Positions 38,591 to 51,400 of a DNA stretch of 64,000 bases are shown piece after piece. The position numbers and the translations under genes are program-made. The notes below the pieces were generated by a model. It was not told where the DNA came from. It searched no databases and saw only the letters and a program-made list of their open reading frames with translations. The stretch's first letter is position 1, and every line of letters begins with the position of its first letter. Location: contig NC_043003.1 of assembly GCF_006345805.1 (NCBI RefSeq), forward strand, positions 94,550,001-94,614,000, in the 5' to 3' direction. The DNA is from Octopus sinensis (lineage: Eukaryota).

Positions 38591-38969
38591 AAGGATTACA
38601 GAATTAACACAGGTTATAGGAACATAAACCTTCTTCTGCAAAAAGATAGCTTAAACTGTGCTCTGATCTTATCCTCCTGGAGCCACTTCTATTTCTCTCA
38701 TCTTACTCTCACCTCCACCCTTGTTCCTCATTCACTACATTCACCTCTATACCCATCTCTAACCATCTGTCACTCTCCCCTCACACCCTTGTGTAACTAC
38801 CAATCTCCTCTTTCCATCCATCCTTTGATCTGTATCCTCTCTAATGCTCATCTTCTTAAACTTTGAAGGTTTGCTATGGCACCCCATCACTACTATCTTA
38901 TCTACTTCCAACTGACCCATATATAATGCAGGATAACTATGGATCCTTTTTGTAGCAAGGCCCTTGCAC

Positions 38970-39330
38970 TTCGCCCTCTGTTATATTTTTTGCCTTTCAA
39001 TACCTAGCATAAAGCCATCCCCACTTAGTCAAGGAATACCTGCTTGCTTGCTTCAAGCCCTTGCTTGATGGGGCTGGGTCATTCCAGGTTAGTGGTCCCA
39101 GAGACATCATCATGAGTAGAGCCAACCAGGTTCATCAGTGCTCTCCATCACTGGCAGTCCCATTCCGGCCCCTCTGCATCTTCCAATCATGTCCAACCAT
39201 CTAGTGTGGGGTGTGCTACGAGGCCTCTTCCAGCCCACAGCTGCTGCATCAAATGAGAATAGGACCCTGGTAGGATGATCTAACAGGAGACAGAGAACAT
39301 GTCCTTACCAGTGCATGCAACAGAGAGCTA
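38970..39330 (-). mobile_element. RTE-like LINE C-terminal fragment
   Basis: GWKRPRSTPHTRWLDMI-like motif (cf. RTE G.RPRGRPR..W.D). Confidence 0.5.
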
Positions 39331-39875
39331 CGAGGGAAGAGGTTGCAGGCTGTTCATGCTCACATGCATGCCCTTCTTTAAATGGAGTGATGTCTTCTTT
39401 ACATTTTCATTTCCCTGTTCTTTCCCTGTCTGCATCTTTCTTGGTGACTATGCTAATGCCAGTGGCGCAAGGAAATCAACTAGTACACACAGTAAAGTGG
39501 TCGGCATTAGGAAGGTCATCCAGCCATACAGACAATGCAAAAGATGTCACTGGAGATACATGCAACCCTGCAGCTTGCTGGATCCCATGAAACAATCCAA
39601 GCCACGCAAGCTTAGAAAAACAGATGTCTGATGATGACGATGATGATGATAATGATAATGGTGATGGTGATGATGGTGATGATGATGACATTACCATATT
39701 TTAACATGTATAAGGAACACCCTAATTCTAGGGGCTTAAAATTTGGAAAAAAGGTTTTCTAAGGGATTAAAATACTATCCATATATAAGAAACTCCTATA
39801 CTTTTTTAACCCAATTTTTGACAAAAAAGGGTTCCTTATACACATTAAAATAGGGTATATTAGAATATATTAAAT

Positions 39876-39940
<65 letters not shown>

Positions 39941-39957
39941 CAGGCAGACAGACAGAC

Positions 39958-40020
<63 letters not shown>

Positions 40021-41411
40021 AAGAAAGGCAGACAAGCAGACAGACAGACGGCAAGCAGACAGACAGGCCAATAGATACATAAAGATAAAGACAGCAACAG
40101 ACACAGACAGTCAGACAGAATGTTTTAAAGTAAAACAAATTAAAATTATTTTCTATCCAAATATGTTGATCAGATAAAATAAAACTTTTTATTTCAGTTT
40201 TTATTTTTGCTTTTCTTATTTATTTATTTTACCATTTTATCTCATCCCTTGTCTATATTCCCCCCTCCTCCTCCTCCTCCTCCTCCTTACCATTATCACT
40301 GCCTCATTTGATTCCAGCACCAGCTCTGTTTATCCACATCCTACACACTACCACTACTGCTACCACTGCTATCACAGCTTACACTTTTCCTTTCTTACAG
40401 TGCCTTCTCCCCTGAAAAATCTTCTTCCTAGTTACCAATTCTGTAGACTACTTCTTCATCATCTTCTTCTTCTTTTTCTTCTTCCTTTTCTTCTTTTTCC
40501 TCTTCTTCTTCTTCTGCTGGCTTATTACATAAAATACAGATTCTACACAGGCAAACACAGCTGCGATCTCATTCTGACCTCTAGCATCACCTAGGCAACA
40601 AGTGAAACAATATTCTTCCACACAACATACACATTTTCACATACACACAGATATACGTACGTGTACACATACATACGTACATACATACACCCACACACAC
40701 ACAAGTATACATATATACACGCACACATACATACATACATACATACATACATACATACATACATACATACATACATACATACATACACTCACACCCCACA
40801 CACATACACAGATATACATACATATATACACACACTGAAACATACATACATACACCACACACACACAGATATATACACACATACACATAGGTATATATAC
40901 ATATAGACATATAGAAACTTGCATAAATACACATACACATGCACATACACACACTCAGTCATAGATACACGCATATGTATATTCATACATAAATTGCATA
41001 CCCGTATTCATGCATATAAACGAAATTCATACAAGCACACAGTGTCAGGGATAAGTATGTCCCCTCATGTACAGAGCCCTTTATATACATATTTATCATC
41101 ATGAATTCAAATACACTGTCATAAACATACAGATTCCAAATATCTATACACACACATATATACCTCTCCAATCATATATATACACATACACTTATATACT
41201 TATACACTTTTAAACACATTTCATAAACTTACACAAAGAGATACTCAGACACATATACATTTACATATACATACACAGATACACACACACACATACACAC
41301 ACATACATACATACATATATACATACATACATACATACATACATTCATAGACACACACACACTCACACACACACATATACATATACATATATCTATACAC
41401 ACACACACACA

Positions 41412-41450
<39 letters not shown>

Positions 41451-41877
41451 CATATATATAAACACACACACTCACACATGTGTGGGGGTTGTATGTATGT
41501 ATAAATATATCTACTTGCGTCAATATACCTATAATCAGGCTGTAATCTAGCGGCACCATAATAAACATTTGGTCAAAGACACACATGGCTTCTTAAACTA
41601 TGAACTCTATAACTGTGATTCTACTACAAGTTACAAAGAAATCAGTGAAGTAAAATGGCAATGGACCAAGATTTTGGAAGGGACAAATCTAGTACACCTC
41701 TTGGAAATGAGAATGAAAAAAAAGGAAATTCTTTAAAATTGTAAGTAGCTCCAAAAATATTAGATTTTTTGTTGTGGGATGGGAAGATGGTTTGTTTGTT
41801 TGTTTGTTTTTAGTGTGGTGTAACTTAACCTGAGAAAAATTTAACTAAACGTAAAATAAAAATAAGAAACAGTTATA

Positions 41878-42292
41878 GGCGTAGGAGTAGCTGTGTGGTA
41901 AGTAGCTTGTTTACCAACCACATGGTTCCGGGTTCAGTCCCACTGCGTGGCACTTTGGGCAAGTGCCTTCTACTATAGCCTCAGGTCGACGAAAGCCTTG
42001 TGAGTGGATTTGGTAGACGGAAACTGAAAGAAGCCCGTCGTATATATGTATACATATGTGTGTGTGTCTGTATATGTTTGTTTTTCTGTGTTTGTCCCCC
42101 CAACATCACTTGACAGCCGATGCTGGTGTGTTTACGCCACTGTAACTTAGCGGTGCGGCAAAAGAGACTGATAGACTAAGTACTAGGAATACAAAGAATA
42201 AGTCCTGGGGTCAATTTGCTCGACTAAAGGCGGTGCTCCAGCATGGCCACAGTCAAATGACTGAAACAAGTAAAAGAGAGTAAAAGAGTAAA
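41878..42292 (+). mobile_element. SINE family A, full length, young
   Basis: GGCGTAGGAGTAGCTGTGTGGTAAG head, retained CpGs, GAGTAAAA tail. Confidence 0.9.
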
Positions 42293-43054
42293 GTTGCTCA
42301 ACATGCTGGAAATAGCAGCCCAATCTCTCTCAAATCACATACTCCTCATCTTTCAAAAGTGAACATATCAGATAGTGCATTCCAAGATAATTATAAACAG
42401 ATAGAATGGCTATGGCATGTTTTGACCTGATATTAACCTACAATAACTACAAAAAACATGAAACAGGTCTACTTTTCATAGATTTCTTGTTTTCTTTGCC
42501 ATGTTCTATTCCAATGCGAATATTTTTAGATTCTGGCACAGGGCCAGCTATTTCAGGGCAGTGGGGGAAGTCAATTACAATGACCCCAGTACTCAACTGG
42601 TATTCTGAAAGAATGAAAGTGAAGTCAACTCCAGCAGAATTTGATCTCAGAACGCGAAGATGGATGAAATGCCACTAAGTGTTTCAACCCAGTATGCTAA
42701 CAATTCTATCAGCTTGCCACTTTATTTCCATGCAAATATTTATCAGGAATTAGGTATTGCTTTTATATCATTATCAAGTCATTATTTTTGACAGTTCAAG
42801 AACATGCATTAACAGCTGCATTCACATTTTGCATACATTTTAACAGTACAACTGATATTATAAGCTGAAAAGTTTTGTCGCACTTTTGTGACCTGGTCAC
42901 TGACATACTTCCATAGCATCTGTTGGACATCAAACACTGATGAGTCAATGATGGGATTTCCCTTCCATAACACTTAAAAGAATTGTTTTAATGAGTTCCA
43001 GATGGCATTATTTTAGGAAATATGAAAAACCATTATTGTCATCACCATCATCAC

Positions 43055-43313
43055 CAAAGAATCCCTCTCAACACATGGCTATGATGCTCCCCCACTACTT
43101 CTGCTCGTGATCAGAGATGCACATATCGCCAGCCACTAAGGGACATGCTCAACTGGTTATGGTCAAACAACTGACAAGCAAATCTGTGGTATTGAGCAGA
43201 ATATTTGCTGTAGCCCATCTTTTATACCAAGACAAAACAATGTACATGATAACACTTCCAATCAGTTAAGATCAGAAGCCATGAGAGCCACTGCCTGGTA
43301 CTGCATCAGGGCA

Positions 43314-43345
<32 letters not shown>
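43055..43345 (+). mobile_element. unclassified retroelement 3' end with (ATT)n tail
   Basis: GC-richer non-coding segment ending CTGCATCAGGGCATTT(TAT)n. Confidence 0.4.
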
Positions 43346-43367
<22 letters not shown>

Positions 43368-43374
43368 CGTCATC

Positions 43375-43760
43375 ATACATTTGACTTTTGCTTTGCGTTT
43401 GTACAAGTTGACTCCAAGTCTCACCTGGAGACCTTAAGAGACAACAAGTTAGTTCAAGTTGGTGTTATGACTAGGGTACCATAATTTTGGTTTTGCACAA
43501 ATTATTGTTCTAGAGAATGTCTGTGGAAACATAAGAAAATTAGGAGTTTGTTCTAAAAGTAATTTGATTATAAGATGATAATGTACTGTTAAAAGAACAG
43601 TAAAAAGTGTTTGCTATTATGTACTTTTAAAAGTATTTTGATATAGTTTACAGATTAAAATGTTTTGGAGATTACATAGACAATATTTTTAAAGAATGTG
43701 AACAGTTCCCATGGCAAATTACTACTATATCACCTGCTACACCTCTGTGTTGCTGGGGTC
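43375..43760 (-). mobile_element. R4/Dong-like LINE 3' end beside (ATT)n
   Basis: Shares the 3' UTR with the 44440-45170 copies. Confidence 0.6.
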
Positions 43761-43981
43761 TGTGCAGCATTGTGTGTTCTATTTTGTTGTTAGAAGGGTG
43801 CAAACTCTTCCTGGTATTGTATTGTGTCAGGTTTTTTTTTGGGGGGGGGGGGGGAGGGGGTTGATTTCTTTTAGGTGTGGCACAGTCTTTTGTTATATTA
43901 GTTTTGTATTGTGTGTTGTGTGTAATACATTGGGTATTCAGCTAGCTGGTGGTAGTTTATTTCCTTGAATATTTACTGTAA

Positions 43982-44039
<58 letters not shown>

Positions 44040-44395
44040 TCAAAATCGATCAACATCAATAGAAATTGCAGCTGTGATACCAGTGCCGGTAGTACATAAG
44101 AGAACCATCCGAACATGGCCATTGCCAGCACCAGCCCGACTGGCATCGTGCCGGTGGCACATAAAAAGCACCATCCGATCGTGGCCATTTGCCAGCCTCG
44201 TCTGGCACCTGTGCCGATGGCACATAAAAAGCACCCACTACACTCACAGAGTGGTTGGCGTTAGGAAGGTCATCCAGCCATAGAAACATTGCCAGATCAG
44301 ACTGGGCCTGGTGCAGCCTCCTGGCTTCCCAGACCCCAGTTGAACCGTCCAACCCATGCTAGCATGGAAAGTGGATGCTAAACAATGATGATGAT
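44040..44395 (+). mobile_element. family D element with three internal GTGCCGGTGGCAC-hairpin subrepeats
   Basis: Repeated GTGCC-GGT-GGCAC-ATAAAAAGCACC units followed by the RTE-type tail. A longer copy lies at 47930-48385. Confidence 0.75.
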
Positions 44396-44439
44396 TATTA
44401 TTATTATTATTATCATTGTTATTATTATTATTAATTTCT

Positions 44440-44769
44440 GTTTGACTTTTGCTTTACATTTGTACAAGTTGGCTCCAAGTCTCACCCAGAGACCTCAAGA
44501 GACAACAAGTTGGAAGTTCATGCTGGTGTTATGCCTAGGGTGCCATATATTTGGTTTTGTACATACAAATATATTCTATAGAATGTTTAAGAAACCATAA
44601 GAAAATTATGTTTGTTTTAAAACTTGAGATTACATAGAAAGTATTTTGTGTAGGATATGAGCAGTTCCCATCAGCACTGTCTTTTGAATTTCAGCCATTT
44701 TGGGGTTTCTTGGTATCTGAGCTAAGTAGCAACCAGCCCCTTTTTCTACTATTATTATTATCATTATTA

Positions 44770-44856
<87 letters not shown>

Positions 44857-45170
44857 TATTATTATTTTATGTTTGACTTTTGCTTTACATTTGCACAAGC
44901 TGGCTCCAAGTCTCACCCAGAGACATCATGAGACAACAAGTTGGAAGTTCATGCTAGTATTATGCCTAGGGTGCCATATATTTGGTTTTGTACATAGTGT
45001 TCTAGAGAATGTTTAAGAAGCCATAAGAAAATTATGTTTGTTTTAAAACTTGAGATTACATAGAAAGTATTTTGCGTAGGATATGAGCAGTTCCCATCAG
45101 CACTGTCTTTTGAACTTCAGCCATTTTGGGGTTTCCTGGTATCTGAGTTAGGTAGCAACCAGCCCCTTCT
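44440..45170 (-). mobile_element. two tandem R4/Dong-like 3' ends embedded in (ATT)n
   Basis: 44440-44750 and 44870-45170 both encode VE.GAGCYL.QIP.NPKMAE.QKTVLMGTAHIL.KILSM* plus 3' UTR. Confidence 0.8.
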
Positions 45171-45175
45171 TCTAC

Positions 45176-45208
<33 letters not shown>

Positions 45209-46135
45209 GATCATCATTATTATTATCATTGTTAAGATGGCAAGCTTGTTATTATTAAGACAGCAAGCAGAATCGTTAGCACACGGGAGAAAATGTTTTG
45301 CAGCATTTCTTCCAGCTCTTTACATACTGAATTCAAATATTGCTGAGGTCAACTTCGCATTTCATCCTTGCAAGGTCAATAAAATAAAGTACCAATAAAG
45401 TACTAAAGTCAGTCTAATCAAGCTACCACACCTCCACCACTACACACATACACACTTAAAATTGCTTGCCCCATGACAAAATTTGAAACTAAGGCAGCCA
45501 GGTGGCAGAATCCTTACCATCGCAGACAAAATACTTAGTGGCATTTTTTTTTTTCTGATTCTTTACTTTCTGAGTTCAAACTCTGTGAGGTCAACATTGC
45601 CTTTCATTTTTTCAGCGCTGATGAAACAAGTACCAGTTGATGTAATCGACTAGTCCCCCTCCTCCAAAATTTTGGGCCTTGTCACCATAACAGAAATGAT
45701 TATTATTATTATTGTTGACAAGGTGGCAAGCTGGCAGAATCATTAGCACACTGGGCAAATTGCTTAGCAGCATTTCATCTGTGTTTATGTTCTGAGTTCA
45801 TATTCAACCAAAGTCAACTTTACCTTTCATTCCTTCAGGGTCAATTGAATATTGGGCTCAATATATATTTCATTACTGCCCACAAGGGGCTAAACACAGA
45901 GGGGACAAACAAGGACAGACAAACGGATAAAGTCGGCTATATCGACCCCAGTGCGTAACTGGTACTTAATTTATCGACCCCCGAAGGGATGAAAGGCAAA
46001 GTCGACCTCGGCGGAATTGGGCTCAATATAATCAGCTTAGTCCTGTCTCCCAAATAGCTGGTCTTGTGCCAAAATTTGAAATCATTATTGTTGTTGTTGT
46101 TGTTGTTGTTATTGAGTTCTTTATTTGTCTCACAG

Positions 46136-46245
46136 GTGAGAGAAAAAGGAGTATTATAAGGACAATTTACCAAAATGATGAGTGGGAGGTGGATTATGCA
46201 GAATCAATAATTACAAAAGAAAAAATAAAGTATAGAAAGCCATAA
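46136..46245 (+). CDS. candidate terminal coding exon, xERKRSIIRTIYQNDEWEVDYAESIITKEKIKYRKP*
   Basis: Acceptor tctttatttgtctcacag followed by 35 open codons of protein-like composition. No homology recognised. Confidence 0.3.
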
Positions 46246-46698
46246 TATGCAAAAAGAATGAACTGGGTTACCTCAGTAAGAAGACAACCATTTAGGCCAA
46301 TCAAGGATCCCTACAAATCCGAGATTTATGTAATCTTATTCTTATTGCATACATTTTTTTTTTACTACCTGTTACAGTTCTATGTGATTTGAAAAATGTT
46401 AAAAGGTATAATTATTACTACAAAGATCACAATATGATATTATCTTATGTATCTTCTCTTAAGCTCTTAAAAACTGCCTCTGGTTATTTGAGAATAACCA
46501 GCTTTGATGGAACTGCAACATGCAATTAGTGTAGCATTGCACCTTAAATGTTTTTGACCGCACATGTTGTTTTAGGGTTTTGATAAGTTTTGAACCCTTT
46601 CTTTTCTATTTGGTATTTTGCATCAAGATATGCCCTTGCACCTTTTTAGCATTTTTCCATTGCATTTTCCAATTCCGTTATCATCATCATCATCATCA

Positions 46699-46756
<58 letters not shown>

Positions 46757-46784
46757 GTTTATTATTATTATTATTATGTTTATG

Positions 46785-46820
<36 letters not shown>

Positions 46821-48387
46821 TTTTATTATTTTTATCATTATTATTATTATTATAATTATTATTATTATTGAGTGAGAAAGCAGTGCATGCCATCAAAGTA
46901 ACACCGGGGTAAAATATACAAAGCCCAGTATACCCATCATGACTACCCATCTAATAAGGGTGCACTAGGCACATGCATCACAACCACATGTGCATAACGT
47001 TGTGATGTTATATCAAGATTAACAGCACATGACCTTGCAGGTGGGGCCCAGTTAGAATTTTCTTCAGGTCAAGAACATGAACTTCCAACCTGTTGTCTCT
47101 TGAGGTCTCTGGGTGAGACTTGGAGCCAGGTTGTACAAATATAAAGCAAAAGTCAAACATAGAAGAAGAAGAAGAAGAAGAAGAAGAAGAAGAAGAAGAA
47201 GAAGAAGAAGAAGAAGAAGAAGAAGAAGAAGAAGAAGAAGAAGAAGAAGAAGAAGAAGAAGAAGAAGGGAATTTGATAGTATTTTATTTCCTCTGTTACA
47301 TATGCTTCATCATTTAATATTTCCTACTTGTCTGTCTGAGGGGGTGTTTTCAAATGCAAGCTACCCTTATGAGGGGTGCATCTATGGATTGCACCTGTAG
47401 TATGATAGCATGTGTCACCAAATACTGAAAAATACATAACAGATGAAATAAATGAGCACCAAGTTCAAGCTTATACACATACATACACACACACACACAC
47501 TCAAACACACACATACACATACACACATGTATGTATATAATTAATGTGAGTTTAGAGAGATATGTTATCCAGCTGGATACCATAGTATACCATACCATTA
47601 AAAATGTTATTGGTATAGATCTATGTTGGTATAAATTTGGATATCATTTTGAAAGGTAGTATTTTCAGGAAATGATTGTAAGATCTCTCAAAACTTTTTA
47701 AAATGATAATAGTTATATTTTATATATTTATTTATTAATACAATATTGTTTATATTATGGACTTATCTCTTCTTTTACTCTCAATTATAATCACTCTAAT
47801 TGCATCTCTAAATACCTTTCAGGTTTTAGACATTTCTCATACCAAGAGCACTTATCTGAAATCCAGTACACTTTATTTTAATAGGACATATTTGATTAAC
47901 TGTCCCAGCCCATCCAAAGTACCTTTGATTGCAGAACAATCTGCTGTGCATACCTTGGATCGTAGGGTGACCTTCTGTGCTTGAAGAGACCTATTGAGTC
48001 AAGTACATCAACATCAAAATGAATATCAAATGGAAATTGTAGTTGTGATACCTGTGCAGGTGGCACGTAAAAAGCACCATCCGAATGTGGCCGATGCCAG
48101 TGCTGCCTTGACTGGCTTCTGTGCTGGTGACACATAAAAAGCACCAACCAATCATTGCCACTGCCAGCCTCCCCTGGCACCTGTGCCAGTAGCACGTAAA
48201 AAGCACCCACTACACTCACGGAGTGGTTGGCGTTAGGAAGGACATCCAGCTATAGAAACACTGCCAGATCAGACTGGAGCCTGGTGCAGCCTCCTGGCTT
48301 CCCAGACCCTGGTTGAACTGTCCAACCCGTGCTAGCACAGAAAACGGAGATTAAACGATGATGATGATGATGATGATGATGATGATA

Positions 48388-48427
<40 letters not shown>

Positions 48428-48429
<2 letters not shown>

Positions 48430-48746
48430 GGAAAATTGAACAAGGAGACGTACTCTTGAGATGTTGTTAAACCATTTATATCTTGAATTCTTCTACATAT
48501 GTTTCGGTGTCAGCAATGCATCAATCTCATCAGGAAGGATATAAATAACAAACTCATCAAACAAACATGTGAACAGAAATAGAAAGTCCTTTATTTATAT
48601 CCTTCCTGATGAGATTGATGCATAGCTGACCATAATTTATCCTGTCAAACATTTTGGAGTACATCCACCAAAACTTATGTAGAAGAATTCAAGATATAAA
48701 TGGTTCAACAACATCCTGAGAGTTTGTCTCCTTTTCAATTTTCCTA
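48428..48746. mobile_element. inverted-repeat element carrying two opposed HHR motifs
   Basis: Arms 48428-48549 and 48591-48746; the left end abuts (TA)n. Confidence 0.8.
48490..48537 (-). ncRNA. minimal type I hammerhead with palindromic stem III
   Basis: CUUC CUGAUGA G..C GAAA CAUAUG UA GAAG; stem II is weak. Confidence 0.6.
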
Positions 48747-48771
48747 TTTTCTACTAAATGCGACTTACTAT

Positions 48772-48868
48772 CCTGGATTTAAATCCTGAGACACTTAAGC
48801 AACATTTATTATTCCCCTGGATTTAAATCCTGAGACACTTAAGCAACATTTATTATTCCCCTGGATTT
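48772..48868 (+). repeat. 44-bp tandem duplication
   Basis: CCTGGATTTAAATCCTGAGACACTTAAGCAACATTTATTATTCC twice plus a partial third copy. Confidence 0.9.
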
Positions 48869-48882
48869 TTCCTTTGAATTGT

Positions 48883-48934
<52 letters not shown>

Positions 48935-48953
48935 CCTCTCTCCCTCTCTCTCA

Positions 48954-48990
<37 letters not shown>

Positions 48991-50724
48991 ATAAGGCTCA
49001 TTTTGACATCACTTTTATATATATATATATATGCGATGAGGTTTTTTCAGTTTCAGTTTCTTCTACCAAATCCACCCAAAAAGCTTTCGTTGTTCCGAGG
49101 ATCTAGCAGAAATCACTTGCCCAAGATTCCACACTGTAGGACTGAACCATGTGGTTAGGAAGCAAAAATTTCTAACCTCACAGTAAACTTCTTAACTACA
49201 TAGTTTTTATATGTGTGTGTATGTGTGTGTATGTGAGATGATAAATATGATTAAATGCGCTTGACATAAGCATTTATTTTTTCTCTCCTAAACCTTTTAA
49301 TATTGTGTAAAATTAGTAACTTCTCGAATATAACCATGAAAATAACATGTCTGGAGCAAATCTGGCAACATTGCCAAACTAGTCTGGGAAATGCAAAGTA
49401 CACTAATATTTAATTTCAAATTTCTGCACCAATGAATCTTATGCCATTATATTTATCTTGTACTTGTAGATATCATTAACTAAATACCGTAGTGGTAGTA
49501 AAAATAGTCACTGTAATTCCATTTCATCCTGATTTCTTGTTTAAAAAAAATCTTAACCATCTTCAGTCTTCCTGAATATGCAGTTTCCTACACTAAATCC
49601 TAACTTATCGTTTCTAAACTAATGACTGTAGCATTCTTCTCTACAAAAAAACTATTATCTTAAGAAGAATAGATATGCTTAAAAGCAGTTGATGTATGAG
49701 GAATTTTTTGTTTCTGCTTCTGAAGCTTATATGTAACCAGTCCAACGGAATGTCTGTATGTGGCAATTTTAGCAATATTGCCAGACTATTTCAGAAACAT
49801 GTTCTGTATAGTCTACTAGAAAAAGTAAAGTTCCTTCCCAAATCATAGATTCATAGGGCCAGTTTCTTGGTTTCCATGAAGTATATATTCCCCACCTTGA
49901 TGGGACACTGGTCCTTTGAAGGATTACTCATTTTTGCCAGCTAAGTGAACTGGAGCAACATGAAATAAAGCGTTTTGCTCATGAACGCAACACACAGCCT
50001 AGTCCAAGAATTGAAACCATAACCTTACAATCATGAGTCTAAAACCCTAAACACTAAACCACATGCCTCCATGCTGTATAGTATAATGGAAGATAAAAGG
50101 ACTAGAGAAAAGATAGGTATCATGAAGTCAAATAATAAACATTTGAGCAAGTTGTTTATCAATCAATGGAGGCAAGCATAGTTGTGTGGTTATTAAATTT
50201 GCAGTGCTACCACTTAGTTCCAGGTTCAATCCTTGCATCATAACATCGGATTAATTGATACCTTCTGAGTAGATTTTGGTAGAGAAAAGTTGTCCCTCTG
50301 CCTCACTTATTTTTAACAAATATAACTTAAAGGCTCATTTTGACATCACTTTTATAGTTTCATGCATTTCCATCTTCACCCAATTAATCCCATACTCTCT
50401 TCTAAAATGTAAATAAGCACATAGATCCTCTACAGCAAGAAATCTATTCTGTTCTGGTCACTTCTCTCATACTTCTATCCCTCATCTCAAGGCATAAACT
50501 TTATGCCTTCGGATTCAAAGTTTTGCACACTCCATGGTAGCTTCACAAGTGCTAGTGGTATAACAATGCATCTGACACACACTTTAAAGTGGTTGGCATT
50601 AGGAAAGACATCCAGACATAGAAGCCATGCCAAAGCAGATGCTGGAGCATGATGCTGTCCTTCGGCCTATCAGATTCTTTCAAACTATCCGACCTATGCC
50701 AGAATGTAACATGGATGTTAAATG

Positions 50725-51400
50725 ATTACTCTTTTACTCTTACTTGTTTCAGTCATTTGAATGTGGCCATGCTGGAGCACCGCCTTTAGTCGAGCAAATC
50801 GACTCCAGGACTTATTCTTTGTAAGCCTAGTACTTATTTTATCAGTCTCTTTTGCTGCACCGCTAAGTTACAGTGACGTAAACACACCAGCATCGGTTGT
50901 CAAGCGATGTTGGGGGGACAAACACAGAAAAAACAAACATACACACACACACACACATATGTATACATATATACGACGGGCTTCTTTCAGTTTCCCTCAA
51001 CCAAATCCACTCACAAGGCTTTGGTCGACCCGAGGCTATAGTAGAAGACACTTGCCCAAAGTGCAAATCGACCCCCAGGACTTATTCTTTGTAAGCCTAG
51101 TACTTATTCTATCGGTCTCTTTTGCCGAACTGCTAAGTTACGGGGACACACCAGCATCGGTTGTCAAGCAATGTTGGGGGGACAAACACAGACACACAAA
51201 GATATGCATACACACACACATATATATATATACACATATATACTATGGGCTTCTTTCATTTCAGTCTACCAAATCCACTCACAAGGCTTTGGTCGGCCCA
51301 AGGCTATAGTAGAAGACACTTGCCCAAGGTGGCACACAGTGAGATTGAACCCGGAACCATGTGGTTGGTAAGCAAGCTACTTACCACACAGCCACTCCTG
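50725..51400 (-). mobile_element. SINE family A with internal tandem re-start (chimeric ~1.7 copies)
   Basis: Junction ACTTGCCCAAAGTG/CAAATCGACCCC near 51062. Confidence 0.8.

Noticed and set aside
48772-48868. CRISPR-like or regularly spaced array
   Set aside because: It is a simple head-to-tail duplication without unique spacers, in a eukaryotic context.
49735-49810. GAAACATGTT palindrome with upstream CCAACGG
   Set aside because: The core has too many substitutions to call.
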